From NCBI RefSeq assembly GCF_021028975.2, contig NC_059425.1, forward strand, positions 26,040,001 to 26,104,000: DNA of 64,000 nucleotides. The letters are read 5' to 3'. This DNA comes from Sphaerodactylus townsendi (lineage: Eukaryota). Position 1 is the stretch's first letter, and each line of letters begins with the position of its first letter. Both the position numbers and the translations under genes were made by a program. The notes beneath the pieces were generated by a model, which did not search any database, had not been told where the DNA came from, and saw nothing but the letters and a program-made list of their open reading frames with translations. Positions 48,609 through 62,100 of the stretch are shown in pieces.

Positions 48609-48878
48609 TCCTGCAAGCTTTTTTGCAGTGAGGTTATCATCTCCTTGGGTGGTGATGTATATGCTAGACCTTTAGACACACCAATTTTTATAGCAATTTA
48701 ACTTTCATGGCTTCCCACTCAACCATCTTGGGAATTGTAGTTTAAGGGTGTTGTTTGCTGTAGATTCATGATCGATCACAGAACTATAGTTGCCAGGATT
48801 CCCTGAAGAGAGATGCTGGCTATTAAACAGGTTGGTCCGTGGCATGGATGGCGGCGTGACAACTGCCTTCTGTTTCAG

Positions 48879-48979
48879 TTTGACAATTTCAAGCGGGTCT
48901 TCAAGGCAGTCGAGGAGCTCCGTGGATCCCTGGTGGAAAATATTCAGCAACACTTCCTGCTTTCTGACCGGCTAGCCAG
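48879..48979 (+). CDS. FIBP: FIBP coding exon 4
   Basis: tttcag|TTT; [33 protein letters not shown]; AG|GTATGG; 101 nt. Confidence 0.97.
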
Positions 48980-49176
48980 GTATGGAGCAGTATAGAACAC
49001 CATGGTGTATATGTATTATTGCTCTTCTCTATGGTCTTGTCTGCCCAGAGAGGGAGGCACATACTGTAGTCCTTTTGACTGGTGGGACACCAAAGGCTGG
49101 GGGGAAGGACAGGAGAGAAGAGGCCAGTATCTGTAGTAACACTCCTCTTATCAAATGCTGTTATTCCTTTTGTCAG

Positions 49177-49310
49177 AGATTATGCAGCCATCGTCTTCTT
49201 TGCCAACAGTCGGTTTGAGACGGGGAAAAAGAAGCTGCAGTTCTTGACATTTGAAGATTTTGCATTCTGTGCTGAGCAGATGATCCAGAACTGGACTTTG
49301 GGAGCGGTGG
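49177..49310 (+). CDS. FIBP: FIBP coding exon 5
   Basis: tgtcag|A; [44 protein letters not shown]; G|GTGAGT; 134 nt. Confidence 0.97.
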
Positions 49311-50838
49311 GTGAGTATGGCCCCCATTGTGGTTTGGAAGTAAAGCTCCCATCCCCTCACACTTCATATTTGCCATTTCCAAAGACTTTGTAACAAGTAA
49401 AGCAGTAAGGGAATATACGAGAAGGAGAATGCCCATGTGAAATACAAGCATTTCATAAAAATTACAGTTTTCCTGTTGAGAGACTGTGCTTAGGATGTTT
49501 GTTGGATCAGGACCTGGGAGGTCCAAGTGGATTCCACATGGATCAAAAAGAGCGGTGTGAAAATGGTGTAAAATGGTTTTAAACTGTGTAAAAGCATTTA
49601 CACCGTTTTCACACCGCCGGTTTTGGCCCATGCGGAATCTGCCCCAGAGTCAGATCCCTGGCCAGCCATGATTCTCATATCCGAATCCATTAGGATGAAA
49701 TGGAGGAAAGGAAAACTATGTAAAGTGCCAAGAGCTCCATGGAGAAGGCTAGGATGAAAAAGATAGAATTCTTGCCCAAATGCAAAGTCTTTGCTGTTTC
49801 CTGAAAGGCATTCAGGTTTGGCCGTAGACTGCACTTTCTTAACAGATACTTTGAGTCACAGGTGAGGCTGATGTAAACGGACAGTCAAATCTTTTGATAC
49901 TGCCATGGATGCATTTCTCAAACTGGGGCCTAGGGATCCCTGCTGATCACCAAATAGCACCTCAGGTCTGGAAGTGCTGTGCTGTGTATACCCATCTTGC
50001 TAACATGAAAATAGAGTTCTCTCCATAGAGCTCTCTGTAGCAGTGGGGGCAGGGACTCTCTGCCTAAAGGAAAGTGGACAGTTTTATCTGTCTTTTGAAG
50101 AGTGGAGACTTGTAGGCTTGTATCCTGCAGTCAGTCAGCTTCCTGATCACCTCAAATCCCTAACCTACAAATGTGTATTTAGGAAATGCCACTTTAAATT
50201 TTGTTTGTAAAGTGAGTTTTACCTCATCTTAGCAGGGACTGGATGTCTCCATATAAGCCAGGGATAATGAAGCTGTTTATCCCCTGGACTAGCCCAGTTT
50301 ATTCAATTTAAAACGTTCTGTTCTGCCTCTCCATAAAAATGTTGCTGAAGAAGCTGACAGCTGGATAAATAACAATAAAAATGGCAGAGTAACAAAACAG
50401 GATAAAAATAGATCTATAGATAATGAGAAATTGCATCACAGTAAAAATATTGTTTGTGGGTTTTTAGTCTGTACTGCTCTACTTAGTGCCAATGACATTG
50501 TCAGACAAAAAGACACAGAAAACCATAAATTCCACACAAAAATGTAGGCACCAATTAAAAGTTCAGAAGAATCACAAAATCTTAAAAACCCCAAATATAC
50601 TACAGCATTGAAACAGCCATCGCAATAATGATTCTATCCAAAAAGTGGTGGATGTCCATCCTGGAGTTTTATTTGAAAGTTCTCAGAAAATAAAAGCACC
50701 TAAAAGATTGTAAGTTTGGAGCCAGATGAGCTTCTATGGAGGAGGGCTATCACCGAGAAGGACCTGGCTTGGGTGCTCATCTATCTAACCTGTAAGACTG
50801 GGGACCCCAACTTCATTGAGCCCATGGACCTTCTAGAA

Positions 50839-51053
50839 CAGGGGTAGGGAACCTTTAACACTCAAAGAGCCATTTGGACCCATTTTCCATGGGAAAAGAA
50901 AACACTTGGAGCCGCAAATAATTTTTGACATTTAAAATAAAGATAACACTGCATATATTGGGTTTTTTAACCTTTTACTCCGCTCATTCTGAGAAGCGCA
51001 TGGATGCGTCCACCCTGCTGCCTGCAGGGCGGGCAAGGATGGGGCCAGCGGCT
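50839..51053. mobile_element. One-ended copy of the 7715-8288 hAT element, inverted
   Basis: ttctagaa|caggggtagggaacctttaacactcaaagagcc... is the reverse complement of about 8075-8288. Confidence 0.85.
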
Positions 51054-51538
51054 AGAACATGGAGAAATACAGCCAAATCGTGACTTGGCTGGGCAGCACT
51101 TTGCAAAGAAGTTGCGAAGAAAGATTTTTGCCTCTTCCAGGGTACAGGAATTGTCTTGCTGGATCGTACCAAAGGTTCCTGCCTTCTAATACAGCATTCC
51201 ATGCCGTACTGCAACCCAACCAGATGCTTTTTGAAACCTACCTGCAAGGCTTGGATATCATAGCCTCACATTGTTGTTTGTCCTCAGCACTGGATACTTA
51301 GAGATATACTTCCTCTTTATGTGAAGCTTCCGTTTGATTAAGTCTTTGCAAATGTCTTTCTGTTCTTCATCTTTCTCCATGCCTTTTCTGCTACCAGACA
51401 AAATTTTCAGGATGAGCCAGTCTAGGGTTAGAAACTTAGAGCAGGAAGGGACCTCAAAGGTCATCCAGTCCAACTGAGTCTGAGCACGCATGGACACAAA
51501 CTCTGTCATTTCAGTTGCTGTCTGTTTTGTTTTGGCAG

Positions 51539-51647
51539 ATACCAACGTGGATGACATGGATGTCGACCTTGACAAGGAATTCTTGCAGGGGCTGAAGGAG
51601 CTAAAAATTCTGATAACAGATAAAGACATGTTGGATCTGCACAAAAG
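51539..51647 (+). CDS. FIBP: FIBP coding exon 6
   Basis: tggcag|AT; [35 protein letters not shown]; AG|GTATTT; 109 nt. Confidence 0.96.
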
Positions 51648-52453
51648 GTATTTCTGCTGGGCTGGACAGATGTCACTGGAGGGGCAGGCAGGGATTTTGC
51701 CGTCCTCTATTTCTGGAGAGGAATGGGATCTACAATGCAGGAGGTGTGCCTTGCTGAGTTCCCCTGGGGACTGTGTCTATTTCGCACTGATTTCAGACAG
51801 AAAGGAGAACACATCCATCCAGTTGGATAGTTGCTTTGTTTTTGCAAAATACCCTGGAATTTCCTAATGAGCAGGCATGCAGCGGAGAGAGAGAGAATAC
51901 CAGGCAGGGAGTCCGAAAGGCAAGATGAGGTTTTTACCAGTGCAGATTCTGAACAGAGTTTAAAGGGTGTAACTGCTTCAATGGCTTAGACTGTGCTAAA
52001 AAACAATGAAAGCAAACAGGTCACTTAAAAAAAAAAGGATGCCAAATTCAGCCCTTGCCCTGTCCACTGATAACTTGCAGTCTTGAATGTGCTCCTATGG
52101 GGGAAGGTGTTGAAAACTTAGAAACTGAAACTGAATGCGTAGGTGTGAATGTAGGGGGCTACTGGCAACCTATTGAGGTCTTAAATGTTCTCCTGTGTTC
52201 TTTGGAGGACTTAAATGTTCTTCTGTTCTCCTGCATTATCTGTTGTGGGTTAATTTCTAAAGAGACAGGTACTTAGCTCTGGCTTCCCTAGAAACCCCAC
52301 CTCGTTCAGAGTGTTGGGAATTGTCTTTGCACATGCTCAGAGGAATACTGTTCTTTCCACATTCTTCTGGCCTGGTGCTGCATAATAGGTTTCGGGCTTA
52401 GAATTCCAGCCTCCCCTTACTCCTGACCTTTCTCTTTGTCTGTTCCTACACAG

Positions 52454-52517
52454 CCTGGTGTGCACATCCTTGAGGGGGAAGATTTCAGTGTTCAGTGAGA
52501 TGGAAGCCAATTTTAAG
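52454..52517 (+). CDS. FIBP: FIBP coding exon 7
   Basis: acacag|C; LVCTSLRGKISVFSEMEANFK; |GTGCGC; 64 nt. Confidence 0.95.
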
Positions 52518-53237
52518 GTGCGCTGTGGAAAGTGGGAGGGAGCTCTGCTGTGATTCCATTTCTTAGTGTCAAGGGGCCGTGCCACCCCTTTTCATTTACA
52601 GCCCTTGCCCCATAATGGAATGGAATGGAGCTTTAATTTGTATACTGCCCTTCCTTGAAAGGCTCAGGACGGTGCACAGCAAAATATCAATCAATAACAT
52701 AACACATAACAGCAGTATCAAACAGTATTTCAAGTAACAAATATCAATGTTCAGCTCCAACTGGTGGATGTGAGCTGCCCCAAACCACCCTCGCTTCCAA
52801 AATCTGTGCCTGTACGAAGGCTGTTATCTCTCTGTTGACCTGCAGAGAGAGCTGTTGTGCTTTGGACAATATAGACCAGCAAATAAGAGTGGGGTTCAGC
52901 CTGTAAAAGGTAACGGTAAAGGAAGTCCCCATGCAACCACAGACTCATTACTAACTCATGGGATGATGTCACATCATGAAGGATTTTGTTTAAAGGGTGG
53001 TTTGCCATTTGCCTTCCCCAGTCATTTACACTTTACCCTCCAGCAAACTGGGTACTCATTTTACTGGCCTTCGAAGGATGGAAAGCTGAGTCAACCCTGA
53101 GCAGGCTGCCTAAAACTGACTTCTGTCCAGATCGAACTCCGTTCATGAACAGAGCTTTTACTGTAATACTTCATCTTAGCACTTTGTGCCACAGGAGAGA
53201 CATGGGATCTCTATCACTTTCTTGTACCCCTTTGCAG

Positions 53238-53324
53238 AATCTCTCCCGGGCCCTGATCAACATTGCCTCGAAACTTACTCACAGCAAAGATGTACGGGAC
53301 TTTTTTGTTGATCTGGTGGAGAAG
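53238..53324 (+). CDS. FIBP: FIBP coding exon 8
   Basis: ttgcag|AAT; NLSRALINIASKLTHSKDVRDFFVDLVEK; |GTAAGC; 87 nt. Confidence 0.96.
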
Positions 53325-53884
53325 GTAAGCAATGCCCTTCGGTGTACTGTGTGTCTGTCCAGGAATGATGGTTAGGGATTCATGTACAATAACTCCTCCC
53401 TCTGTATGTCATTTGTATGAGTTATACATGCATACTCTTAGCAACCAATCAAGTTCTTCCATATTGGTTGGTAAGGGCCCTCCCTGGATACTACAGGCCC
53501 CATACCCATAATTTGCCTCTCAGATGGTCAGTAATGGTGCTATAGGTATGCCTGGCTTGAATTTGCACCCTTCATGTCCTGTAGGTATCAACAAGAGCAT
53601 TTTATGTGCTCTGTGCATCCTCAAAGATACCTTCTTGTTTCCACACAGTCCAAAGTAGAGTTTCTCAGAAAATTGTTTCTGGTTCAAATGAATCAAGATA
53701 TAAGCAGTAATGGCTGTGTGGAACAATGTCAGCGTGCTCATAACATGTCAAGAATAAGTAGGGGGGGGGGTCAGAACTTCTGTGGAAAATTTAGATGTTG
53801 CAAAATGTGTTGGGTTTTTTTTTCTCTCCCTTGAAAATAGGGCCTACTTCCCCTCCCCCCATGACTGGTTGATTTCTTTTGCAG

Positions 53885-53982
53885 TTCGTGGAGCCCTTTC
53901 GGTCAGACAAGTGGAGTCCGAACGATGTGCGCCTCTTCCTGACGCAGTACACAGCTTGCGCTCACTCACTAGATGCTTTCAG
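53885..53982 (+). CDS. FIBP: FIBP coding exon 9
   Basis: ttgcag|TTC; [32 protein letters not shown]; AG|GTTTGT; 98 nt. Confidence 0.96.
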
Positions 53983-54255
53983 GTTTGTTGAATTTGCTAG
54001 GGCCCAAATGGTGAATTGCCCTGGCAGCAGACATCCTCCCCAGCCTTCCCTTGCCATCAAGTCCTTTGGCCTCAGGAGAGAAGGGCCGTTTAGAAGTGCC
54101 AGTTAAATCTTGTTGCCTTTGTACCGTTATTCATTTGCTTTTCTTTAGAAGGAAGGCCATGGCAGGGGGCGTGTTTTCATCTTGAAAGGACAAAGTGCTC
54201 CTCCCCAGTTTCAGAAGCTTGAAATATCACACCTTTCTTTTCCCTTTCTTCGCAG

Positions 54256-54325
54256 GCACCAGGCACTGTGGGAGAGATACATGGGCACACTCAAAGCTTG
54301 TCTTCTGAAGATGTACCATGACTGA
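54256..54325 (+). CDS. FIBP: FIBP coding exon 10 (terminal)
   Basis: tcgcag|G; [22 protein letters not shown]; exon lengths sum to 1074 nt = 357 aa + stop. Confidence 0.96.
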
Positions 54326-54503
54326 ACAGCTGTGGTTGGGTTTTGTTTGCCTTCCCCCCCCCCCCCCCAGGAAAGAGAAGAGTTCATGGCCAAAGAGGGT
54401 ACAAGCCCAGCTGGAATGGGTCTCTTTGCTGGTTGCATCTCATCTCTCTCTCATTCACACACCATTCCCAGTCTTCCAAGGCAGGGGGCTAAAACCAGTT
54501 TGT

Positions 54504-54513
54504 ATTAAATAAA
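54504..54513 (+). terminator. FIBP: Probable FIBP polyadenylation signal
   Basis: Overlapping ATTAAA/AATAAA about 180 nt after the stop. Confidence 0.65.
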
Positions 54514-54949
54514 GGAGTTCTTACAATTTCCTGCCTGATAGCAGACATCACTGAAAAGCATGCTGCTTCCCCTGCAGTGGTTCCTATTAGATGGCAGAAA
54601 TGTTCTGTGTATTCTCTCTTCGTTTTATTTTTAATTCCCTCTTCTGCTAGCATCAGCCCCCTCCTCCATCTGTTTCAGCCTAGTATTAATCCCCTTAAAT
54701 AGGACTCCCAAGCTTATATGATGTGGTTTGTACTTTCCCTGTGTAGGGTGAGGAGGCACTCTAGATGTGCTTTTTCATTTTTTTCCCCAGGTATTGCTGC
54801 ATGTTTCCCAGCACAAAAGTTGAAGCTCTAAGTCTCAGATTTTAGCCCTACGCTTGGACCAAGACCAGTCACTTAGTTCATAGATGAGGCAGGACTTTAA
54901 TGGAGGCCCTCAAATCAAAGATGTGCTTATTATTCGATTTCACTGATTT

Positions 54950-56700
54950 GTTGAAAATATTTATATTCTCCTGTTCTAAAGAAAGCTCAGGGCGGCTAGC
55001 ATCAAGAATTAAAAAAGAACAATCACGCTTCAGTATCATTTTTAAAGATCCTAAGACACATCTGTAATGAAGCAGTTTAAAATAATTCCCACCAACCTCA
55101 ACAAGGGTGCAGACTTGATCACTCAACTAAAATGGCATCCAGTACTCATTCACCATCCAAGAATTGTCAGGAAAGACTTCCTGGAGTAGCCATATCTTAT
55201 GTGATATTCTGAATGCCAAGAGGCATGGGATTTGGTGTATTCTTTCAGGGAAAGCGGTCTGTCATAGAGAGAGAGCTACAGAAAATGTCTGGTGTCTCTG
55301 AAACCAGCTGCGCTGCTTGTGATAGGATGGCCAAGAGAGACTGATGAGCTGCTTTGTATGTTTCCATGGTTCTGTAGCAGGAGAGGCAGGCTGTCAGAGG
55401 CAAAGAGCTTGGAGCATGAAGGGATTTAATGGAAGTAACCAGCACCAAGAAGAAGAGGAGTTTGGATTTATGCCCTGTTTTTCTTTCCAGTAAGAAGTCT
55501 CAAAGCAGCTTACAAATCCATCCCTTCCTCTCCCCACAACAGACACCTACCTTGTGAGGTAGGTGGGGCTGAGAAAGTTCTGAGAGAACTGTGAGTAGCC
55601 CAAGGTTACCCAGCAGGCCTTGTTTGTAGGAGGGGGAAACAAACCTGGTTCACCAGATTAGAGTCTGCAGTTCATGTGGAGGTGTGGGGAATCAACCCAG
55701 TTCTTCCGATTAGAGTCCACCTGCTCTTAACCACTACGCCACACTGGCTGAAGTAAATCACTGGAAGCCCCTGTGGTGCATGATCAAATCTACCTGCTCC
55801 AGTAATCAGATGAACTGCATTTGAAGTTTCTAACTAGTTTTCAAGGGCAGCCCTGTGTACTGCACATTACAATAGCATGGATCAGCATGGCCGATGGCCT
55901 CGTTCCAGAAAGTTTCTTAATTATGTACTGCTTGAAACAAAGCATTTTTTGCCTGCATTTCTGTGTGAAAGAGTCTCCACTGGTAATTTTGAACATTCAG
56001 TTTAGTCTCTCCAAGACTGGAGCAACCAGCATCCCTTCTGTTTCTTCTAGGTTCTTTTAAGCTTGTTCTGCCTTCATGCCCAAGGACTGGTTTAGGACAA
56101 ACTGATGCAGCAGGGTGCAACTAAGAACGCAGAGCTGGGTGTCATCAGCAACCTCAAAGCTTTAGCTAGTCTAAGGGGCCTCATGTAAATACTGAAAACA
56201 TGGATGGAGCCTTGAGACACAACCCCGATTATTGCGCTAGGAATCAAATTCTACATCTCCAATGGAAGCTTTGTGCTTTATTAGACAGAGAAGAGCAAAA
56301 CCATGTCTTGTAATCCGTCTCTTTCTCCAGTCAGTGCAATATGGACAGAAGCAGTCCACAGTGTCAAAAGCCAGAGATAGATTTAACAGGATTACAAAAG
56401 AGGAAACACCCTTAATCCAGCCGAAGTTGGAGCTCATGTGCGATTAGAGCTGTCTCCCATCACAGAGCCGGAGGCGTTGTAGAATCACCCGCTCTAAACC
56501 ACAACTCTTGACACAACCACAACCTTTTCAAAATGGATCCTCATTAGCGTAGCCTTGTTGAAGAGTTCAGGGCAACATTCCTTCCTTCAAGAATGTGTGA
56601 ATAATCCTGGTTAAGGCAATTTTGATCTGATCTTGGCAAGATGTAAGCCATGTTTCCCCCTTCTTTCCAAACTATTGGGATATTCCTTCCTTGGCTGCAC
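54950..56700 (-). mobile_element. Old L2 LINE remnant with nested Squam3-like SINE (55447-55750)
   Basis: Minus translation VILLNLSLAFDTVD resembles the L2/CR1-clade RT motif LLDLSAAFDTVD; L2-type tail near 54950-55000; boundaries approximate. Confidence 0.55.
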
Positions 56701-58939
56701 AAGAGAAGGACCTCCGTTTCAGTCTGACCTCTTCCTGTATTAACCAAGAAGACTCACGGCCTCTCCTATATCTTGGTTTGCAAATCAGGCGTTCTGCCTG
56801 CCTTACTGTTCTAACCCCCCCTCCTTCCCCTACACCACTTCCTCTCCCACACACCTGTCTGTAGGATAGACAACGGGAATGTTATCCGAATGTTATGAGT
56901 GGGTTAATCATGCCCCGGGGCTAGATGTCTCCCCACCCACCCCCGTACACCATTCCTTCACAGAAGTCCTGCAGCAAGAATTTGTCCTCTCCCTATCCCT
57001 CCGTCTCCTGTTCCCTTCCCCAGTGAATCACACCTGGCTTGGGGCTGCTAGGAGCACCGTGTACCAGAGGGGAAGCAGGTCATCTGGTTTCTACTTCTGA
57101 AAAGAGAGGAACCTACTAGACAGGTGTATTAGGGAATTAGGGCCCTGAAAGGCTGTATCCTTCCCAGATCTCTGTGTGTACATGCGGCATAATGTGAGTG
57201 GCAAACTCTCTTTTAAGGCCAACGTTCAGGCGACAGGACTGTCTTCTAAAAATCACTTGGTAGCAAGGAGGCACAATGCTGAAAGGGAATGTGTGTTTGT
57301 GGCATGTCTCCTGTGTATCCTTGAAATTTGCAGCTTGCTAGAGCTGATGTTGCGTAGAGGATGGACAGCGCTGCTGGGAAGGTTCCAAGTTTGATCCTTG
57401 GCATCTACTCTTAAATGATTGCAGCTGAGTGGCAGAATACCTGCATTGTACTCAGAAGGTGTGTGCCGTTGGAGTCATGTGGGGGGGCAGAAAGTCGCCC
57501 CCACGCCCCTCACCCCACCTTGCTTTGCCAGACCTGGCAGAAGCCGCTGCCCAGCTGGCCTTGCCGGGTCAGGCCTGGTGGAGTCTGCTGCTGGGTGACC
57601 CTGCTCTGCCCCAACCAGCCAGGCCCTGTGGCCCAGAGTAGCCTTGCGGGGATGGATGGGCAACTGCCCAGCCAGGCTGCTTTTGCAGCCAGCTGAACTA
57701 AGGTAAGCGGGGGCCCAGTGGGGGGGCGGGGGCCCGTCCTTCCTCCCCACTTACCTTCGTTCAGCTGGCAGCCCGAGCCCAGCCAGGCTGTTTTTTCAGC
57801 TGGCTGCTCTTTGCCCCCCCCCCCCCCCCATGCCACTGGCCCGTCACTGGCCCAAAGTCACCCAATAAGCTACCACGATGAGTAGGAGTTGAACCTGACG
57901 TTAATCTGACATTCTTAACCACTACATCCCAAGCGCTTAAAAAAGCCCCAGCAGCTATTTCTTGTTAAACTTGTGCCAGTTTGCTACGATTTTAGACTTT
58001 TAATATTTTTCTCTTTTAATTGGAAGTTTTTATTTTTAAAAAATCTGTTTACACCAAGGTGTAAATCTTAGGGTGTTCTGCTTGCTTGTACGTAGTAATA
58101 CTTTTAGGGATTTGAACTGACTTTTTTGTGTTACTCTATTGTGAGATACCCCAGGTACAAATTTTGGGAGGGATGGGGACATAACTATTTAATCAAATGC
58201 CTGTGGTTTTATGCATTTTGCAATTTAGTGAACGTTTATCTATGCACAATAGGATAGGTTTTGCAACAAGTTAGGTTGAGCCTTGGAATTATTCCGTCTT
58301 CTGCTTTTGATGTTTACATCCTTGCTTCTATACCTTGAAGCCCATTTGCTGCCCTTTAAGGGCTTTTGGAAAAGAAAGCAGAGATGTCCAGAATTTAGAA
58401 CCCTGCTGGGCCCACCTGTCCCTTTCTGTGCTGATGGGGCCGGGTGGAAGGCACTCTGGAACCTCCAGCTCTCTTCTGGGAATAACTTAGGTTTGCCAAC
58501 TCCAGGTTTAGAAATACCAGGAGATGTGAGGGTGGAGTTTAGGGAGGGGAGTGATCTTGCCAGGGTATAATGCCAACCACTTCACCTTCCAAAGCAGCCA
58601 TTTTCTCCAGGAGAAGTGGAACAAATGATCAACAAATAAGTGATTGAAGTCATCTGGAGATCAGTTGGGATTCTGGGATATCTCCAGCCTCCACCTGGAG
58701 GCTGGCAACCTATTATTCATGCCCCCTCTGGTGAAAAATGTTCACCGTCTGGGAACATAGCCTGGAAGCCGTGCTCTCTCTGCTGGGTGCAGCATAAGTG
58801 GGGTTAAATGTTCCTTTTGCTGTGAGGGTTTGTTGGGGGGGGTGTGTGATGGCTGAGAACAGCTGGCCAGGAAAGGGTGTTTGCTGGAAGCTAAGTGGAA
58901 CCAGATGTTGGGTGGAATCCTTTGGCACTCCTGCTGCTT

Positions 58940-59104
58940 GGCTGGGGGCCAGGAATGCGGCGTGGGGGGCTGAAGGAGGGGAGCCAGCGCGCACTCTCCC
59001 AGGGAGCTTCTTGCGCTGCACCCAGCCGGAATTGGGGGTGTTTGAGCTAAGCGCCCTGACAAGGCAAGAAGGGTGCCGGGGTGTGCCAGGCAGCTGTCAC
59101 CGGG
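58940..59104 (+). promoter_or_regulatory. EFEMP2: Probable EFEMP2 promoter and non-coding exon 1
   Basis: CpG-retaining GC-rich patch, TEAD-like AGGAATG at 58951-58957, consensus donor GG|GTGAGT at 59104/59105, 4.7 kb upstream of the signal-peptide exon. Confidence 0.5.
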
Positions 59105-62100
59105 GTGAGTGATGGGTCTTTGGAAAGGGGTGGGGAGGAAGAAGGGGAGGGCTCCTGGTAAAAAAGAGAACCTGCAAAGTCTTTCGGTGTGTTCACTAAA
59201 GTTGATGTCCCTGTTGCTTTTGGGGGGGGGGGGGGGACTGGATGGCCGATCCTCATCCTAAAATGGGAGGGGAGGAGGATGAACCCTGTGACCCAAAGTA
59301 AAAAGGGTTGTTCTGTATTTAAGGCTTTCCCAGGTGAGCTCTGAGCACCTCAGCGTTAGCTGCAGACTTTGGGGGATTTGTTTATAGATTTTGGAGTCTC
59401 CGATCTGTTGACTTCCTCTCCCCTCTGAAGGCTGAAATTCTCTCTCGGCCCGTTTTGCCCTCTCAGGTTATCTCAAGCTTCCCTCTGGCCTTGTCCCCGG
59501 GCAAGATGGTCTGAAAGCAATCCAGCCTAGCTTTGAGAGGGTTTCGTAGGGGCAGGAGGGAAGATCCAGTGCTCAGGGAGTAGCAAATAAAACTCCAAAA
59601 TGACTGGCAACGTTCGCACCAGTGGATTTCTCCCTCTGATCTCTAGGGAGAGTTCTCCCACTTTTGTGATCTTGTCCAAAGAAATCTGGAATTATTGCTT
59701 TTTGACTCACAAAACCTCAAGGGTGGGCTAGGCGCTGAAATCTTTTGTAGTTTCAATATGGAAAGTACAAAATGACTGACTGATGGTGGGTGCCTTAGAA
59801 GCTGCAACCTGGAACTTTCCCCCCATATCTCAAAACAGATTTGAGCTGCAGGTTTACACAGAGTTGCTGTCAGTTTGAGCTGACCCTGGGAAACCCTTCC
59901 CTTTCCTGTTCTGTATCTCAGGGTTTTTTTAAGTTTGGAAGTATTGCTTACTCCTAAAATAGATACACATTTACAGCCACAGTGGAATATATTAAGTACT
60001 AGGGAATGAAGAGTGCTGTATGACACCAAAGCTTATACCTTATGCTGTGATATTAGTGAACTCTGCCTTTTTTACACATATGCCCACCCCATATTCAGGA
60101 GTTTTTGGAATACCTTCCCCTCCAGAAAAACACCCCAAAGCACAGGCTGATGTTACCCATAATCTGTACAATGTATCCTGATGTTCATTTCAAAACACCA
60201 GTCAGACTACAGGGGGGATGTTGCTGCCCTCCATTCTCTATTGGTCCCAGAGGGTGAAGAGAGGTTTGCCTTCATTAAAATGTTTATATCCTGCCGTTCC
60301 TTATGGCTGATGGCAGTTTGAACAAGCTCTAGATTCAGGAACACAATTTGAGATGCTTCTTAATTCAATGTAACAGCAATCCTATTCTTCCCATGTTTGC
60401 TTGTCCCAATCTGCCTTTAATATCTCTGGATCCCAAGAGCTGCTCCCTGTGCTATAGATAAGGTGGCAGAGACTCTCTTAAAGTTCTGGTAGTTGATTCA
60501 GCTTCTTTTCTCCAGATCCAAACAACTTTGCACTCTGAGATGTTTGCCACAGAAGCTTAAGGTTTAAAAAGATGTCAGGACCAGCTCTCTGGGTGTGTTG
60601 TATATGTTATATGTATACATTAGATCAAACAAGACCTATATTTAGCTTTAGCTGGAAGGAATGCCGACACACAGGTTCCTTTCATCTCTTGAAAAGTGGT
60701 ACATTTCTGAAATCAAAGATCTAGACCCACCCATTACCAGACCTGAATTTATTTTGAACCAATGCTTAGTATTAAATACAGTCCAGTATTTGGTGATGGC
60801 GCTCTTCCAACACCTCTCTTATTTCAGTTCTTTGATATCCTTTCTTCTTCCCTTACAGGTGTGAAGTTCAGGGGCAGGGCACAAGGCTGAACTAGGTGTG
60901 TGTGTGTGTGTTGGGCCTCAGATCCATTTAGACACGATTCCCTTTGATCTGGAAACCTTGCAGCCAGTTGTTGGAGTGTAAGAGTTCTCTGTGGTTACTC
61001 AGGAGTAACAGAAATGCATGCTGCACCTGTTCAGGAACATTTGGACCAATTTTAAAAATTCATTTCAAAAATTGCATTTATTACACCCTGATTTGTTTGA
61101 CTATTCAACTCCTCCAAGTAGCTTAAGATAAGACTTTAACCTCCCCACCCCCACTAAAATAGAGGCAAACAAACTTCCAAAACAGGCAATCAATACACTA
61201 ATGTTTAGAAAAATTAATGCCATATTCTGTTCAAATTTAAATGAGCCCCTCAGAGCCACTGAAACAGAAGACCTGCTTCATAAATACCCAGACGATACTC
61301 CTCACTCTCGTGCCACCACTGAAGAGGCCCTGTTGTTACTGCCCACTGTACTTCTTTCAACGGGGTACAAAGAGCAAGCCTGGAAAAGAATCTCAGTGGG
61401 CAAGTTCTATGGACCAGATGTTCCAGGGTTGAGACTGATGAGCCCTTCTCTTCCCCATGGAAGCACCAGCAGCTCTGTTGCAGAGGAGCTTTTTAGAAAT
61501 TCTGTGCAGGAGACTTTCAGGGTGGTTGGAAATATTTCTTAGCAAACTCTCCAAACGTTCAGATTGAGAGCAGGCCAAAAGCTATGGTTGCTGAAATTAC
61601 ATCTCATCTCCAGAGACCAGTGTCTGTGGAGGGTGGACTCAATGGCATTGCCCCACACTGAGGGCATTCCCCTCACCAAATCTCTCGGAATTTCCTAACC
61701 CAGAGTTGGCCATCCTGCATTGGAACTAAGGAAGGGTTATGGCACAGAAGGCTTTGACAACTTCCCACGGCCAGCCTCTTTGACATTTCCATCCTCGATT
61801 TTGCTTTGAGGTTTATTTATTTATATTTATCTATTACGTTTCTACCCCGCCAATTTCCCGAGGGGACTCGAGGCAGCTAACATGTGAACATATAATGAAA
61901 CAATGCAATGATATAAAAATATAAACATTAAAACCAATTTCCAACAAGGTGGCATAAAAACCTATGTAGGATCATAGAAGGCAGACGTGCGTGTCGCATC
62001 CAGACGAAGGCCATGGGGTGATATTAAAAAAGGGGGTGCCCGGCCAGCCTGGCAGAAAAGGCCCAGTGGAGCAACCCCGTATTTCAGGCTCTGCAGAATT

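Noticed and set aside
59287-59625. Possible LTR or primer-binding site (tgtgacc...aataaa...gcacca)
   Set aside because: No TSD, no convincing terminal inverted repeat and no 18-nt tRNA complement that I could verify
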